Of a stretch of DNA of 64,000 bases, positions 26,279 through 36,222 are shown in pieces (position 1 is the first letter of the stretch; every line of letters starts with the position of its first letter). This DNA is from a virus. Its lineage: Duplodnaviria; Caudoviricetes. The notes beneath the pieces were generated by a model. It had not been told where the DNA came from. It made no database searches and saw only the letters and a program-made list of their open reading frames with translations. The translations under genes were made by a program, and so were the position numbers. Location: positions 3,409 through 67,408 of IMG/VR virus record IMGVR_UViG_3300021387_000104, one strand, 5' to 3'.

Positions 26279-27377
26279 CCAGGCTGAAATGGCGCAGGCG
26301 CTATCAGTAGTCAGCCACGCCATATCCAGCCATCCGCTGAAGCCCATCTACAGCGGCGTCATGGTGCAAGCACGGACTGGCGGGCTGATACTGACCGCGA
26401 CAGACGGCGAAATGACAGTCCGTACAACCGCTGACGCAAATATAAGCGTCGAGGGCGTAACGGTATTCCCTGCCCGATTGCTGTCAGAACTGGTCAGGCG
26501 ACAGAACAGCGGCGAAATCAGCTTTGCCGTCGATGATAAAAACACGGCGAGAATTGCCATTGCCGGCAGCAAGTCGAGCATGGTGTGTATGAATGGCGAG
26601 GATTTTCTGAAATTGCCAGTCATCAATAACGGGGTCACGGTCAGTCTTCCGGCGTCCGCCATGAAAAACGCCATCAGCAGGGTCATGTTTGCCGTTTCAA
26701 ACGACGAAAGCCGAAAAGTGCTGACGGGTGTGCTGACAGAGTTTTATCCGAACTGCGCGCGGCTTGTCAGTATCGACGGTTTCCGGCTGGCGATGATGAC
26801 CATTGACGCCGATAACCAGATCCCTGACGGTAAGGAATGTGTGAGCATCGTGATTCCAGGACGCGTGCTGAACGAATTGAGTAAACTGCTACCGGATGAC
26901 GACACGAAGGTTTCCTTCACCTTCGACGGCGCGCACTGTTTAATCACGGTCAATCATACAGATATTTACACGTCCCTGCTGATCGGTGAGTTCATCGACT
27001 ACCACAAGATCATTCCGGACGGGGCACAGACGGAAGCCATTGTAGAGCGTCAGCCGTTGATGGACGCGCTGGAACGCTGCAACCTGATGGCGCGTGAAGG
27101 CAAGAGCAACCTGATCACCATTGAAATCAACGAAACAGGGCTGCATATGAACGCCCGCGCTGAACGCGGCAACGTGCATGAGGAATTGCCGATCCAGATG
27201 ACAGGAAACGATGCCAAGATTTCCTTCAACTCCCAGTACCTGATTGACGCGGTTAAGAACGTCGGAACTGACGAAATGCGCATGATGCTGAATGGCGGCG
27301 TTGCACCGTGCCTGATTCGTCCGAAGGACGGAGAACAATTCACCTTCCTGGTGTTGCCGGTCAGGACAAATGACTGA
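26256..27377 (+). CDS. dnaN: DNA polymerase III beta sliding clamp
   Basis: 373 aa; LTATDGE, R.VLTGV, VSIDGFRLA, IGFN-like ISFNSQYLIDA and LVLPVR motifs. Confidence 0.9.
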   Translation: MYQEFAIDQAEMAQALSVVSHAISSHPLKPIYSGVMVQARTGGLILTATDGEMTVRTTADANISVEGVTVFPARLLSELVRRQNSGEISFAVDDKNTARIAIAGSKSSMVCMNGEDFLKLPVINNGVTVSLPASAMKNAISRVMFAVSNDESRKVLTGVLTEFYPNCARLVSIDGFRLAMMTIDADNQIPDGKECVSIVIPGRVLNELSKLLPDDDTKVSFTFDGAHCLITVNHTDIYTSLLIGEFIDYHKIIPDGAQTEAIVERQPLMDALERCNLMAREGKSNLITIEINETGLHMNARAERGNVHEELPIQMTGNDAKISFNSQYLIDAVKNVGTDEMRMMLNGGVAPCLIRPKDGEQFTFLVLPVRTND

Positions 27378-27843
27378 GCCGTTACTTGTCATCGTAGACA
27401 GCCGCGAAAAGCCGCAAGCCATACGCAACATCCTCGCATACTTTGACCGTCACGGCATTGCCTACGAGAAACGGGCGCTGAAGACCGGGGACTACACGCT
27501 GGAAGGGCATGGCGATGTGGTAGTTGACAGGAAACAGTCTCTTCAAGAACTTGCGCACAATCTGTTATCGCCCGACCGCGCAAGGTTCTACCGTGAGATC
27601 CGCAGGGCCAGGGCAGACGGCATCAGGCTGGTTATCCTGTGCGAGGAGCGGGGCATCAGCGGGCTGGAGGATGTACGCCACTGGGTTCCCAAGTACGGGC
27701 GTGTGTCCGGGAAGGCATTGGAAGACGCGATATTCAAGTTGTATGTGGCGTATCAGGTGCCGGTACTGTACTGCGACAAGCGGAGCACGGGAAAGAGGAT
27801 CATGGAGATTCTGACATCACGGAGCGACGAAAATGCGGAATGA
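27370..27843 (+). CDS. ERCC4/XPF-domain nuclease
   Basis: VDSRE, LKTGDY and VVDRKQSLQEL. Confidence 0.8.
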   Translation: MTEPLLVIVDSREKPQAIRNILAYFDRHGIAYEKRALKTGDYTLEGHGDVVVDRKQSLQELAHNLLSPDRARFYREIRRARADGIRLVILCEERGISGLEDVRHWVPKYGRVSGKALEDAIFKLYVAYQVPVLYCDKRSTGKRIMEILTSRSDENAE

Positions 27844-28402
27844 AGGAAATGCCTGGGCCGATATCGTGAAAACATCCGTGTCCGCGCTGGACGCTGGGCT
27901 GGCGCTTGGACTGGACATCAACCGTGACGGAAGATGCAAATGTCCTTTACACGGTGGTGTGGATTACAACATGCGTTTATATGACGGAAACAAAGGATAC
28001 TATTGCTTCGTCTGTCATGAACACGGCGACGTGATCGGGCTGGTACAGGGCGTGAACAACAGCACCTTCACAGAAGCCATTCAGTGGCTCTCAGACGCGT
28101 TTCATTTAGGGGTAGACACTCATACAGCCATTGACGAGAAAACGCGCCAGAGGGCGTCCAGACAGCGCAGAATCAGGCAAGAACTGAACGAACGGCGAAA
28201 AGAGACGGACCGGCGCGTGTACGACACCTTCCTGAACATAGCGGACTTTGTACGGACGGTTGAGCGCACAATTGAGGACAACGCCCCGAAATCACCGGAT
28301 GACGAATGGCCTGAACCGTTCTGCGCCGCGCTGCGCGTACGGACAGAGGCAAACGAATTGGCTGAACAGGCGCAGATGATGGTATTGGAAAAGACATACT
28401 GA
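27833..28402 (+). CDS. CHC2 zinc-finger primase-related protein
   Basis: CPLHGG...YYCFVCHEHGDVI. Confidence 0.75.
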   Translation: MRNEGNAWADIVKTSVSALDAGLALGLDINRDGRCKCPLHGGVDYNMRLYDGNKGYYCFVCHEHGDVIGLVQGVNNSTFTEAIQWLSDAFHLGVDTHTAIDEKTRQRASRQRRIRQELNERRKETDRRVYDTFLNIADFVRTVERTIEDNAPKSPDDEWPEPFCAALRVRTEANELAEQAQMMVLEKTY

Positions 28403-28415
28403 AAGGACTTACAAC

Positions 28416-29003
28416 ATGCTTCAACAGTTATCGTTCGATCATTGGAGTGAAGCAATCAACAAACATATTATAAGACGACAACGCAGCGGGCATGTAAAAG
28501 ACATTACAGGTCAACGCTTTGGACTTCTTACGGTGAAAGAGTTCACAGGAATTGGCGAACATGGCGGTTCTTATTGGCTATGTAAATGTGATTGCGGTGG
28601 CACGATCATCACATCATCCCACTCATTGATCGGTGGAAACACAAAAAGCTGTGGATGCCTTCACATAAAGCAGGCTTCTGAACTATGTAAGAGAAGAAAC
28701 ACAAGCCATGGGCATTCCAAAGAAGATTTGTACTTTGTATGGAAAACGATGCGGCAGCGTTGCAATAATCCGAAACAGCACGATTACAAATGGTACGGTG
28801 CAAAAGGCGTAAAAATCTGTCCTGAATGGGACGATTACGAAAAGTTCAGAGAATGGGCTTTGAACCATGGATATAAGAAACCCTTGACGATAGACAGGAT
28901 AGATTTTGATAAAGGATACAGCCCAGACAACTGCCGATTCATCACTATTCAGGAACAGCAAAAGAATAAATCGAACACAAAACGAAGAGAGGCGATTGAA
29001 TGA
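28416..29003 (+). CDS. HNH-family homing endonuclease
   Basis: DITGQRFGLLTV, CKCDCG, SCGC and TIDRID..KGYSPDNCR. Confidence 0.82.
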   Translation: MLQQLSFDHWSEAINKHIIRRQRSGHVKDITGQRFGLLTVKEFTGIGEHGGSYWLCKCDCGGTIITSSHSLIGGNTKSCGCLHIKQASELCKRRNTSHGHSKEDLYFVWKTMRQRCNNPKQHDYKWYGAKGVKICPEWDDYEKFREWALNHGYKKPLTIDRIDFDKGYSPDNCRFITIQEQQKNKSNTKRREAIE

Positions 29004-29365
29004 AGATCATCGATTTCAAAAAGAAGGGCAACGTTGTCAGGTTTTTTCTTGGAAAAGATAGCCTAAAGGAATGGTGGGGCGATGACTGGGACGATGCGCC
29101 CTATGAGTACAATGCTGGGAAGGTATACGACGAGTATGTGGCAGGGCATTCAGACGTTTTCTTTAACTTTGACAACCTCGTGCTCGAACCCAGTGATGGC
29201 ACAAACGACAGCGGATACAGCAAACAGGACATGATTGACCGTAAAGTGCCGTGTCTCATCGTTGTGCCAAAGGAATTGGCAGATGATTCATGGTATTCTG
29301 ATTTCCAGCATTGGGTAGGCGCTGCCGGCATAAAGAAATATTACTTTGGGGACGAGATTAAGTAA
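29000..29365 (+). CDS. Hypothetical protein
   Basis: ATGA overlap; WGDDWDDAPYE motif. Confidence 0.6.
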   Translation: MKIIDFKKKGNVVRFFLGKDSLKEWWGDDWDDAPYEYNAGKVYDEYVAGHSDVFFNFDNLVLEPSDGTNDSGYSKQDMIDRKVPCLIVVPKELADDSWYSDFQHWVGAAGIKKYYFGDEIK

Positions 29366-29382
29366 TAATCACAAAGACGGAG

Positions 29383-29697
29383 GTGAACGCAATGGCTGAA
29401 CTACAGAAGGTGATCGAAGGTCTTGAATACTGCACCGGACCGATGGCGAAATGCGGGTACTGTCCATATCACAGCGGAGATGAGATGCCAAACAGCCTTG
29501 ACGATTGCGGGATATTGAAGGACGCGATTGAACTGCTGAAAGAGCAGGAACCTGTTATAGTTCGGCAACGCGAGATGATGCACATGTTGTTCTGGTGCTG
29601 TGGTTCATGCGGTGTACCAATAACAGAAGGCGACAAGTTCTGTAGGATGTGCGGAAAGGCGGCGAAGTGGGATTACAAATGTAAAAGCGGTTTTTGA
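29383..29697 (+). CDS. REK/KEQEP family zinc-ribbon protein 4
   Basis: KVIEGLEYC...LLKEQEPV...CGSCG...FCRMCGKAAKW. Confidence 0.65.
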   Translation: MNAMAELQKVIEGLEYCTGPMAKCGYCPYHSGDEMPNSLDDCGILKDAIELLKEQEPVIVRQREMMHMLFWCCGSCGVPITEGDKFCRMCGKAAKWDYKCKSGF

Positions 29698-29737
29698 ACA
29701 GCTGCTGCATTGTAAAGTTATTGTTACTGACGAAGAC

Positions 29738-29938
29738 ATGTATTATTACGTTTTGCCTTACGATGTCTATAAAGATGAATGTAATGTGCTGAAAGAGCAG
29801 GAACCTGTGATGCCGAAAGAAGAACGGCTGAATGATGTAGACAGTATATACCGCTGTGGGAATTGTGGCACACATTTTTATTATCGACAGCAGAAATACT
29901 GCGCAATATGTGGAAGAAAGGCGAAATGGGATGTCTGA
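29738..29938 (+). CDS. REK/KEQEP family zinc-ribbon protein 5
   Basis: LKEQEPV...CGNCG...YCAICGRKAKW. Confidence 0.55.
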   Translation: MYYYVLPYDVYKDECNVLKEQEPVMPKEERLNDVDSIYRCGNCGTHFYYRQQKYCAICGRKAKWDV

Positions 29939-30368
29939 CTTAGCAGACGCGAATATGAAGTGCGGTACTGGTTTGGACTTCCAGAACCGCCGAAAGATGG
30001 TGAACAAAATGACAAGCCCTGAAGATTTAATCAAAAAAAGCGTTGATAAGGTGATGAATGAACCAATTTGCAACGGAATGTCTGTGATAGATTGGGCAAA
30101 ACGCGGCATGGAATACTGTTGCTGGCACAGCGTAAACGACGAGCTTCCACCAATAGATGAAGACGTACTTGTATATGCGGTGGGCAATGTAAATGGGCAA
30201 GGTCAAATCCTTATCACAAGCATGACCGACCGCTTTTACTTTGGCGGCAGAGAAATTCATTACAATAAACCGGAATGGGTAAATCCGTACCAGTATTTCA
30301 AGGTAAATAACAGAATCACACATTGGATGAAACTTCCAGAACCGCCAAATGATGATAGCGAATCATAA
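29931..30368 (+). CDS. DUF551-like protein
   Basis: WHSVNDELP...ITHWMKLPEPP. Confidence 0.6.
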   Translation: MSDLADANMKCGTGLDFQNRRKMVNKMTSPEDLIKKSVDKVMNEPICNGMSVIDWAKRGMEYCCWHSVNDELPPIDEDVLVYAVGNVNGQGQILITSMTDRFYFGGREIHYNKPEWVNPYQYFKVNNRITHWMKLPEPPNDDSES

Positions 30369-30412
30369 TGATGGAGATGTTTTGTGACAAGTGAGAGGAT
30401 TGCTGATGACTT

Positions 30413-30940
30413 ATGAGTATGAAGAAAATCCTTGACGTTACCTGCGGGGATCGCACGATATGGTTTCAGAAGCATGAGCCGCACACGGTATACTGTGACA
30501 AACGGCGGGAAGAATGGGAAGGGATGTTCGGTAAAGCGCTCAACAATGACGGCAAACAAAAGCGCCGGCATCTCGTGATCGATCCTGACGTACAGTGCGA
30601 TTTCACGGATCTTCCGTTTGAAGATAACAGTTTCGCCTTAGTGATTTTTGATCCCCCGCACATAGTAAATCTGAAGGAAAACAGTTGGATGCGCAAAAGT
30701 TACGGTTCTTTGGATGGTGATTGGAAACCGATGATCAGGAAGGGGTTTCATGAGTGTATGCGCGTGCTGAAGCCAGACGGCGTACTCATATTCAAATGGA
30801 GCGATATCTCTGTATCTACCCGCGAAATCATCAATGTGATCGGTCATGAACCGTTGTTTGGTCACAGGTCAGGCAGAAAAATGAACACACACTGGATGTG
30901 CTTTATGAAACTGGACAATGCGCAACAAATGGAGTGGTAA
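30413..30940 (+). CDS. SAM-dependent methyltransferase, probable orphan DNA adenine MTase
   Basis: ILDVTCG motif I; FDPPH motif IV variant; RVLKPDG.LIFKW. Confidence 0.75.
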   Translation: MSMKKILDVTCGDRTIWFQKHEPHTVYCDKRREEWEGMFGKALNNDGKQKRRHLVIDPDVQCDFTDLPFEDNSFALVIFDPPHIVNLKENSWMRKSYGSLDGDWKPMIRKGFHECMRVLKPDGVLIFKWSDISVSTREIINVIGHEPLFGHRSGRKMNTHWMCFMKLDNAQQMEW

Positions 30941-30941
30941 C

Positions 30942-31229
30942 ATGGATGAATCAATGAAAAACGCCTATGAAGCCCGCCACAAGCAGGCGTTCAGGATCGC
31001 GTTTGACGCGCTGAAGGAGGTCTGGCCTCCGGAAAATTCCGTGGAATACTTTGAAAAGACCAACGAGCGCCTGAAGGAAATCTACATGGCGCACATTGAC
31101 AATCCGCTGTGCAAGCAGTTGGTGTTGGGCGTGGCGATGTACTTGGGCGACGCGGCGAAAGAAATTGAGGAGATTAAAAAGCGCAGTGAATGGCACTCAT
31201 ACCAAACTATGCAAACTACGCCTGAATAA
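30942..31229 (+). CDS. Hypothetical protein
   Basis: Co-oriented ORF directly after the MTase. Confidence 0.55.
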   Translation: MDESMKNAYEARHKQAFRIAFDALKEVWPPENSVEYFEKTNERLKEIYMAHIDNPLCKQLVLGVAMYLGDAAKEIEEIKKRSEWHSYQTMQTTPE

Positions 31230-31329
31230 GGAAAAATTGCAAATGAACATGTTTGGAGCGGAAATGCATAAAAAACCAGACGAAATCAGCAAGAATCTAT
31301 CGTTTTTCGACGATTTCTGAATGACCTGA

Positions 31330-31590
31330 ATGGAGGTGCTGATGGGACGTAACATGAAATACAGCGTGGCTATACACCCGCTGGTCAGGGGCATAGAAGC
31401 GCTGCGCGTCAGAAGCGGCATGACCGTAGGCGAACTGTGCAAGAAAGCGTTTATATCAATTAACACCTACTACAAGTGGACTGAAGGCAGGACAAGCCCG
31501 AAGCTCGAACACCTTGCCGCCGTAGCAGACGTGTTCGGGCGCGAAATCGGCATGAGAAAGAAGGTGGAACAAAATGCCTCCCAGAATTGA
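31330..31590 (+). CDS. XRE-family HTH protein
   Basis: LRVRSGMTVGELC...TYYKW..GRTSPKLEHL. Confidence 0.75.
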   Translation: MEVLMGRNMKYSVAIHPLVRGIEALRVRSGMTVGELCKKAFISINTYYKWTEGRTSPKLEHLAAVADVFGREIGMRKKVEQNASQN

Positions 31591-32005
31591 CGACACCATG
31601 AGCGGAGAACTGTTCGTGATCAATCAGGACGGGACATACGCCAAGCTGACCGACATTAAGGATATTGACATCGGCATGTCCGACCCGCCTGAACCGTTCC
31701 AGACCGGCGGCTATATCAGCTACGATGACTACAAACCGCCATTTATCGACAGTACGGATTATTCCTGCGTGTTTCCGATAAAACCGATCCATCTGAGCAT
31801 GAGAAAGCTGTATATGGCGCTCATAGGTATGACCCCGCGACAGATGCGGCTGGCAATCCGGCACATGGAACGGCTGAGACGCAAGGAACTGAAAACCGGT
31901 GTAAAGATTGACAACAAACTGGTCGTCGCGTGCATGGAAGTGATGAAAAATCCCCATCCCTTCATAGCGGCATATAAACAAACACAAAACACGAATGAGG
32001 TGTAA
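31574..32005 (+). CDS. Hypothetical protein
   Basis: ORF with RBS in the early operon. Confidence 0.5.
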   Translation: MPPRIDDTMSGELFVINQDGTYAKLTDIKDIDIGMSDPPEPFQTGGYISYDDYKPPFIDSTDYSCVFPIKPIHLSMRKLYMALIGMTPRQMRLAIRHMERLRRKELKTGVKIDNKLVVACMEVMKNPHPFIAAYKQTQNTNEV

Positions 32006-32007
32006 TT

Positions 32008-32385
32008 ATGCTTGATAACGACCGAGTGAATGACGTAGCATCAAAACGTGACAGCGCAAACGGAACTCCCCGCGTGTGCGAGACCTGCAAATGGCGATCT
32101 GATGATTTTACGTCCGTCTGTGTGAACGATGAAAGCGACAATCTGGCTGATTTTGTAGGCGCGAACGATACGTGCGATAAGTGGGAAGAAAAGTACGATA
32201 TTGAGCCTGGCGAACTTCTGCCGTGTCCGTTCTGTGGTGGCAGCCCAGCGTTCAAGAAACTGTATGCCATGAATAAGGTTGTGCAAGCCTGCGTAGAATG
32301 TGCGGATTGTGGCGCAAGCATCTACAAAGAGACCTGCGATGACGTGGCGATGGCGTGGAACAAGAGACGGCATAAAGGTGAGTGA
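32008..32385 (+). CDS. Lar-like restriction alleviation protein
   Basis: LLPCPFCGG...VECADCGA...A.AWNKR. Confidence 0.7.
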   Translation: MLDNDRVNDVASKRDSANGTPRVCETCKWRSDDFTSVCVNDESDNLADFVGANDTCDKWEEKYDIEPGELLPCPFCGGSPAFKKLYAMNKVVQACVECADCGASIYKETCDDVAMAWNKRRHKGE

Positions 32386-32579
32386 AGATGGTTGATGTTT
32401 TGACGGGCAACAGCCTCGAAGTTTTGAAAACACTGCCGTCCGGAAGCGTACAGTGTTGCATTACTTCCCCCCCATATTACGGATTTGGATATGGAAGGGT
32501 GATAATAAGGATGATTACCAATTGGGGGAAGTGCTCAAGCCGGTTGTACTTAAAGAATAAGGTGGGAGGTGTAACATGA
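32382..32579 (+). pseudogene. Truncated N4/N6 DNA methyltransferase fragment
   Basis: GNSLEVLKTLPSGSVQCCITSPPYYG, then the similarity stops; only 65 aa. Confidence 0.65.
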
Positions 32580-33027
32580 CCCGCAATCAAGCAGAAGTCT
32601 ATCAGGAAGCGATCAGCAAGCTGGCGGCTACGCTCAAAATATTCTATGACAGCCTGACACAGGTAGGATTTGATGACGGGCACGCTATGTTCCTGACGCT
32701 GGAGTTCATGAAAAACTCGCTATCAAGCGCAGCGTGTAAGGCGGCGGATGCTGTCAAGGACCAATTGTTCAGTAATTGAAAACGCTGACAGCGCACATTC
32801 TGAGAAGGTTGGACTATGACTAAAATCATATGCGCAAACAGCCTGTGCACGTACAACAATGACAAAAACGTTTGTACGGCGAAAACGGCTGAAATGAGCT
32901 GGCACAGCGTAATGACTGTGCATGACGGCAGGCAAGAGTTCCTGAAGTGCAAAACCTATGAAATGGACGAACGTTCTAAAGAGATCGAAAACCAATTCAT
33001 GAATTTGTTTATGAAACATCCGTTATA

Positions 33028-34992
33028 ATGAACCGTAACGAGGTTTACAGCATGTCAACATTGACGAACATCCCGCAATGGACAGCGGATGACTACTACG
33101 GCGATACAGTATACGCATGGCTGTATGAGCATCAGGATAACAAGTTCCTGTTTCAGCGCTTCCTCGCGCAGGCGCAGATACAGGCACGGGCGCTGAAAAT
33201 AGTTGGCTTTTCGCGCATGTGGAACGCCTATGTCGAATCGCAGGACCCGCGAAAAAACGCCGTATACATCAGCGATACGCAGTTCCCGAACCAGCCCGTG
33301 ACCCTGCAATGTGGGAAATACCTGTGCGATGACAGGGGCATTACCTACACGGGCGTCATGGGCGATACGGTGGAGGTCTGCACACATCCGCTGATGCCAG
33401 TCCGACGTGTCATTAACGTGGACACGAACGAGGAAAAGATGGAAATCGCGTACAGCCGTGGACGCGCTTCCAAGTGGCGTACCATCATCACCAGCAGGGA
33501 CGTGACCGCCTCCGCACAGAAAATCATTTCTCTGAGCAAAAACGGCATTGCCGTGAACAGCGAAAACGCAAAAGAGATCGTCAAATACCTGTCCTCGCTT
33601 GAATCACTTAACTTTGACGCGCTGCCAGTCCAGAACAGTACCGGACACATGGGCTGGCTTCCTGACGGTCAATTCGCGCCATACGCCAAGGACATTGTAT
33701 ACGACGGTGAAAGCCCTGAGTTTTCCAAGATGTACAAGTCCTTCGACGAACACGGCAAAGAAGAAACGTGGATGGACATTGCCAAGCAGGTCCGGCACGG
33801 AAACAGCGTCCCCGCGCGGATCGCCCTGGCTGCGTCCTTCGCGGCACCGCTGGTGCAGAAACTGGGCGCTCTGCCCTTCTTCGTGCATCTGTGGGGCACA
33901 CAGGGCTGCGGCAAAACGGTCGGGCTGATGCTGGCGGCAAGCGTCTGGGGCAATCCTGACGTCGGCAACGGTTTTATCAAGACTTTTGCCGGCACTAAGG
34001 TGTCATTGGAACTGTACGCGGCATTCTGCGGTAACATCCCGATCCTGCTGGACGAATTGCAGGTCATCTCAGACCGCAGGTCCTTTGACGACATCATCTA
34101 TACCCTGTGCGAGGGTGTCAGCAAAGGGCGCGGCGCGAAGGAAGGCGGTCTGCAATTACAGCGAAAATGGTCTTCCTGCATCATCACGACCGGCGAAATG
34201 CCCATCGTGCAGAGCAATTCCGGCGGCGGCGCAGCTGTACGCACCATCGAAATCAACTACGGCGGGCAACCGCTGTTTGATGACGCGCGGACCGTCGCGA
34301 ACACGCTGAAGGAAAACTACGGCTTTGCCGGACGGCGGTTCATTGACGCGCTCGGTCAGGACGGCGTGATGGACGCCATGAAAGCAAAACAGCGGAAGTA
34401 TTACAGCCAACTGGCCGGAGATATTCAGGACAAACAAGTCCTGTCCGCGTCTATCCTGCTGGCGGCGGACTTCCTGGCAGACAAGGCGCTTTTCCATGAC
34501 GGCAAGGCCCTGACCGTAGAGGAAATCATGCCGTATCTGATCACCCGTGACGAAGCGGACGTGAACAACCGTTGCTACCAGTGGCTCATGGGCTACATTG
34601 CTGGCAACCCGAAACGCTTTGACACGACCGACAACAATCAGGAGGTATGGGGCGTCATCGAAAAGGGCGTGGCGTACATCATCAAGCCGTTTTTCGAGAG
34701 GATGCTCAGATCCGAAGGGTACTCCCCAGGCGCATTCATGACGTGGGCGCGGCGGAACAACAAAATCATTATCGACGCTCCGGACAAGAACGGCAACAAC
34801 AAGCGCCTGACCAAACGAAAGAAAATCGGAGAAAACAGCGTGCCATGCGTCGCGGTGGTCATGGACACTATCGATGAAGCACAGATCAGGCAAGACTATG
34901 CTTTACCGACCGCTGACCCTGTAAAGGCCGCGATGAAAGGGAAAGCAGAAGAATACGTTGAAGTAAAGGACGATGAGGACATGCCATTCTGA
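33028..34992 (+). CDS. DUF927 (Cch-like) AAA+ replicative helicase
   Basis: Walker A GTQGCGKT, Walker B ILLDEL, G..KGRG..EG and ITTGE; NYGFAG. Confidence 0.85.
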   Translation: MNRNEVYSMSTLTNIPQWTADDYYGDTVYAWLYEHQDNKFLFQRFLAQAQIQARALKIVGFSRMWNAYVESQDPRKNAVYISDTQFPNQPVTLQCGKYLCDDRGITYTGVMGDTVEVCTHPLMPVRRVINVDTNEEKMEIAYSRGRASKWRTIITSRDVTASAQKIISLSKNGIAVNSENAKEIVKYLSSLESLNFDALPVQNSTGHMGWLPDGQFAPYAKDIVYDGESPEFSKMYKSFDEHGKEETWMDIAKQVRHGNSVPARIALAASFAAPLVQKLGALPFFVHLWGTQGCGKTVGLMLAASVWGNPDVGNGFIKTFAGTKVSLELYAAFCGNIPILLDELQVISDRRSFDDIIYTLCEGVSKGRGAKEGGLQLQRKWSSCIITTGEMPIVQSNSGGGAAVRTIEINYGGQPLFDDARTVANTLKENYGFAGRRFIDALGQDGVMDAMKAKQRKYYSQLAGDIQDKQVLSASILLAADFLADKALFHDGKALTVEEIMPYLITRDEADVNNRCYQWLMGYIAGNPKRFDTTDNNQEVWGVIEKGVAYIIKPFFERMLRSEGYSPGAFMTWARRNNKIIIDAPDKNGNNKRLTKRKKIGENSVPCVAVVMDTIDEAQIRQDYALPTADPVKAAMKGKAEEYVEVKDDEDMPF

Positions 34993-35119
34993 CACACAGC
35001 CTACGCACATCATCGACGCGCGGAAAGCAAAAGACCCGGCTGATTATGCCGGATCTTTTTTGTTGCGCCAGTTGATGCAAAAATCCGAACGTTTTCATGA
35101 AAAATCCGCTCACAACCCC

Positions 35120-35425
35120 CAAAATGTACGTTCGCACACTGAAATGTACGCTCAAAAAACGGCTATGTACATTGAAAAATTCCTGATACCACTGGTGAAA
35201 AATCCAAAATGTACATTTTGTACGTTCAAAACGCGAAATACACCTATATATACTATATTTTTTGCGCTAAAAACTGAGACGCGCGTACGCGCGCGTAAGC
35301 ATAAAAAACGAGTGTACAGAGTGTGCAAAGTGTACAACAACATCATAAAACATTGATAACACAAGCGTTATCAATTTCAATTTGATGTACACTTAACAAA
35401 AACGAGCGTACATCAGTGTACATTA
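35120..35425. repeat. TGTAC-rich intergenic region, putative replication origin
   Basis: Nine TGTAC copies (six as palindromic TGTACA) and a 14-bp palindrome CGCGCGTACGCGCG at 35280-35293. Confidence 0.5.
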
Positions 35426-35616
35426 AAGCGCCTTTTCATAGCGGAAAGCAGAACATACCCGCATGTATTTTGTCAAAAACGGCACGTAGGCAGGATGTGA
35501 CCATGTGAATGTAATATATGGTTTAATGTGATACATCATACCAGCCGCGTATCACGCCGAGTAGCGCACATCAAACCGACCATGCACAGCCGTGCATCTA
35601 TCATTTTTCAAGCGAG

Positions 35617-36177
35617 GTGATAACTATCAAACCAGTGTACCACGATTTTGTCCGTCACATGTGGCGCTTTTACTTCCTGCACCAGATGGACCTGCCCGCG
35701 TATACCGACGCGAACCGCCTGAACTATGCCGCCTGCGAAAACGTGTCCGCACAGATCACGCCGGACGAATACGACCTGATCCGCACGTTTACGACCAGCA
35801 ACCTGTACAGCGACGCTCAGACCGTCCGCGATATGTCCGCAGAATCAGGTAAAGCAGAAGACTATATCTGGCGCGTCATTAAACGCGTTTTCCGGCAGAC
35901 AGCAATCATGCGCGGACTCTGGGACGCGGAACGGATGAAGCTGACAATACCTGAGCAGGGAAAGCAGAACCAGAACGAATGCGCCATAACAGAACAGGAA
36001 AAGCAGAACCAGAACGAACATACCATGCCTGACGCGGGAAAGCAGAACCAACCAGAACGTAGCATACCGGAAAACGAAAAGAAGAACGTAACCGAACAGG
36101 GAAAGCAAAACACGCATCCCGCATCGGTCATTTTTCACGCTTTGAACGATAACAATCTTTTCAAACCAGACACGTAA
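35617..36177 (+). CDS. Hypothetical protein with C-terminal EQ(G/E)KQN repeats
   Basis: GAGGTG RBS region; the repeats are encoded by the GGAAAGCAGA DNA motif. Confidence 0.55.
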   Translation: MITIKPVYHDFVRHMWRFYFLHQMDLPAYTDANRLNYAACENVSAQITPDEYDLIRTFTTSNLYSDAQTVRDMSAESGKAEDYIWRVIKRVFRQTAIMRGLWDAERMKLTIPEQGKQNQNECAITEQEKQNQNEHTMPDAGKQNQPERSIPENEKKNVTEQGKQNTHPASVIFHALNDNNLFKPDT

Positions 36178-36222
36178 AACAGAACGTAACCGCTCAGAAC
36201 GTATCATGACGCGGAAAGCAGA

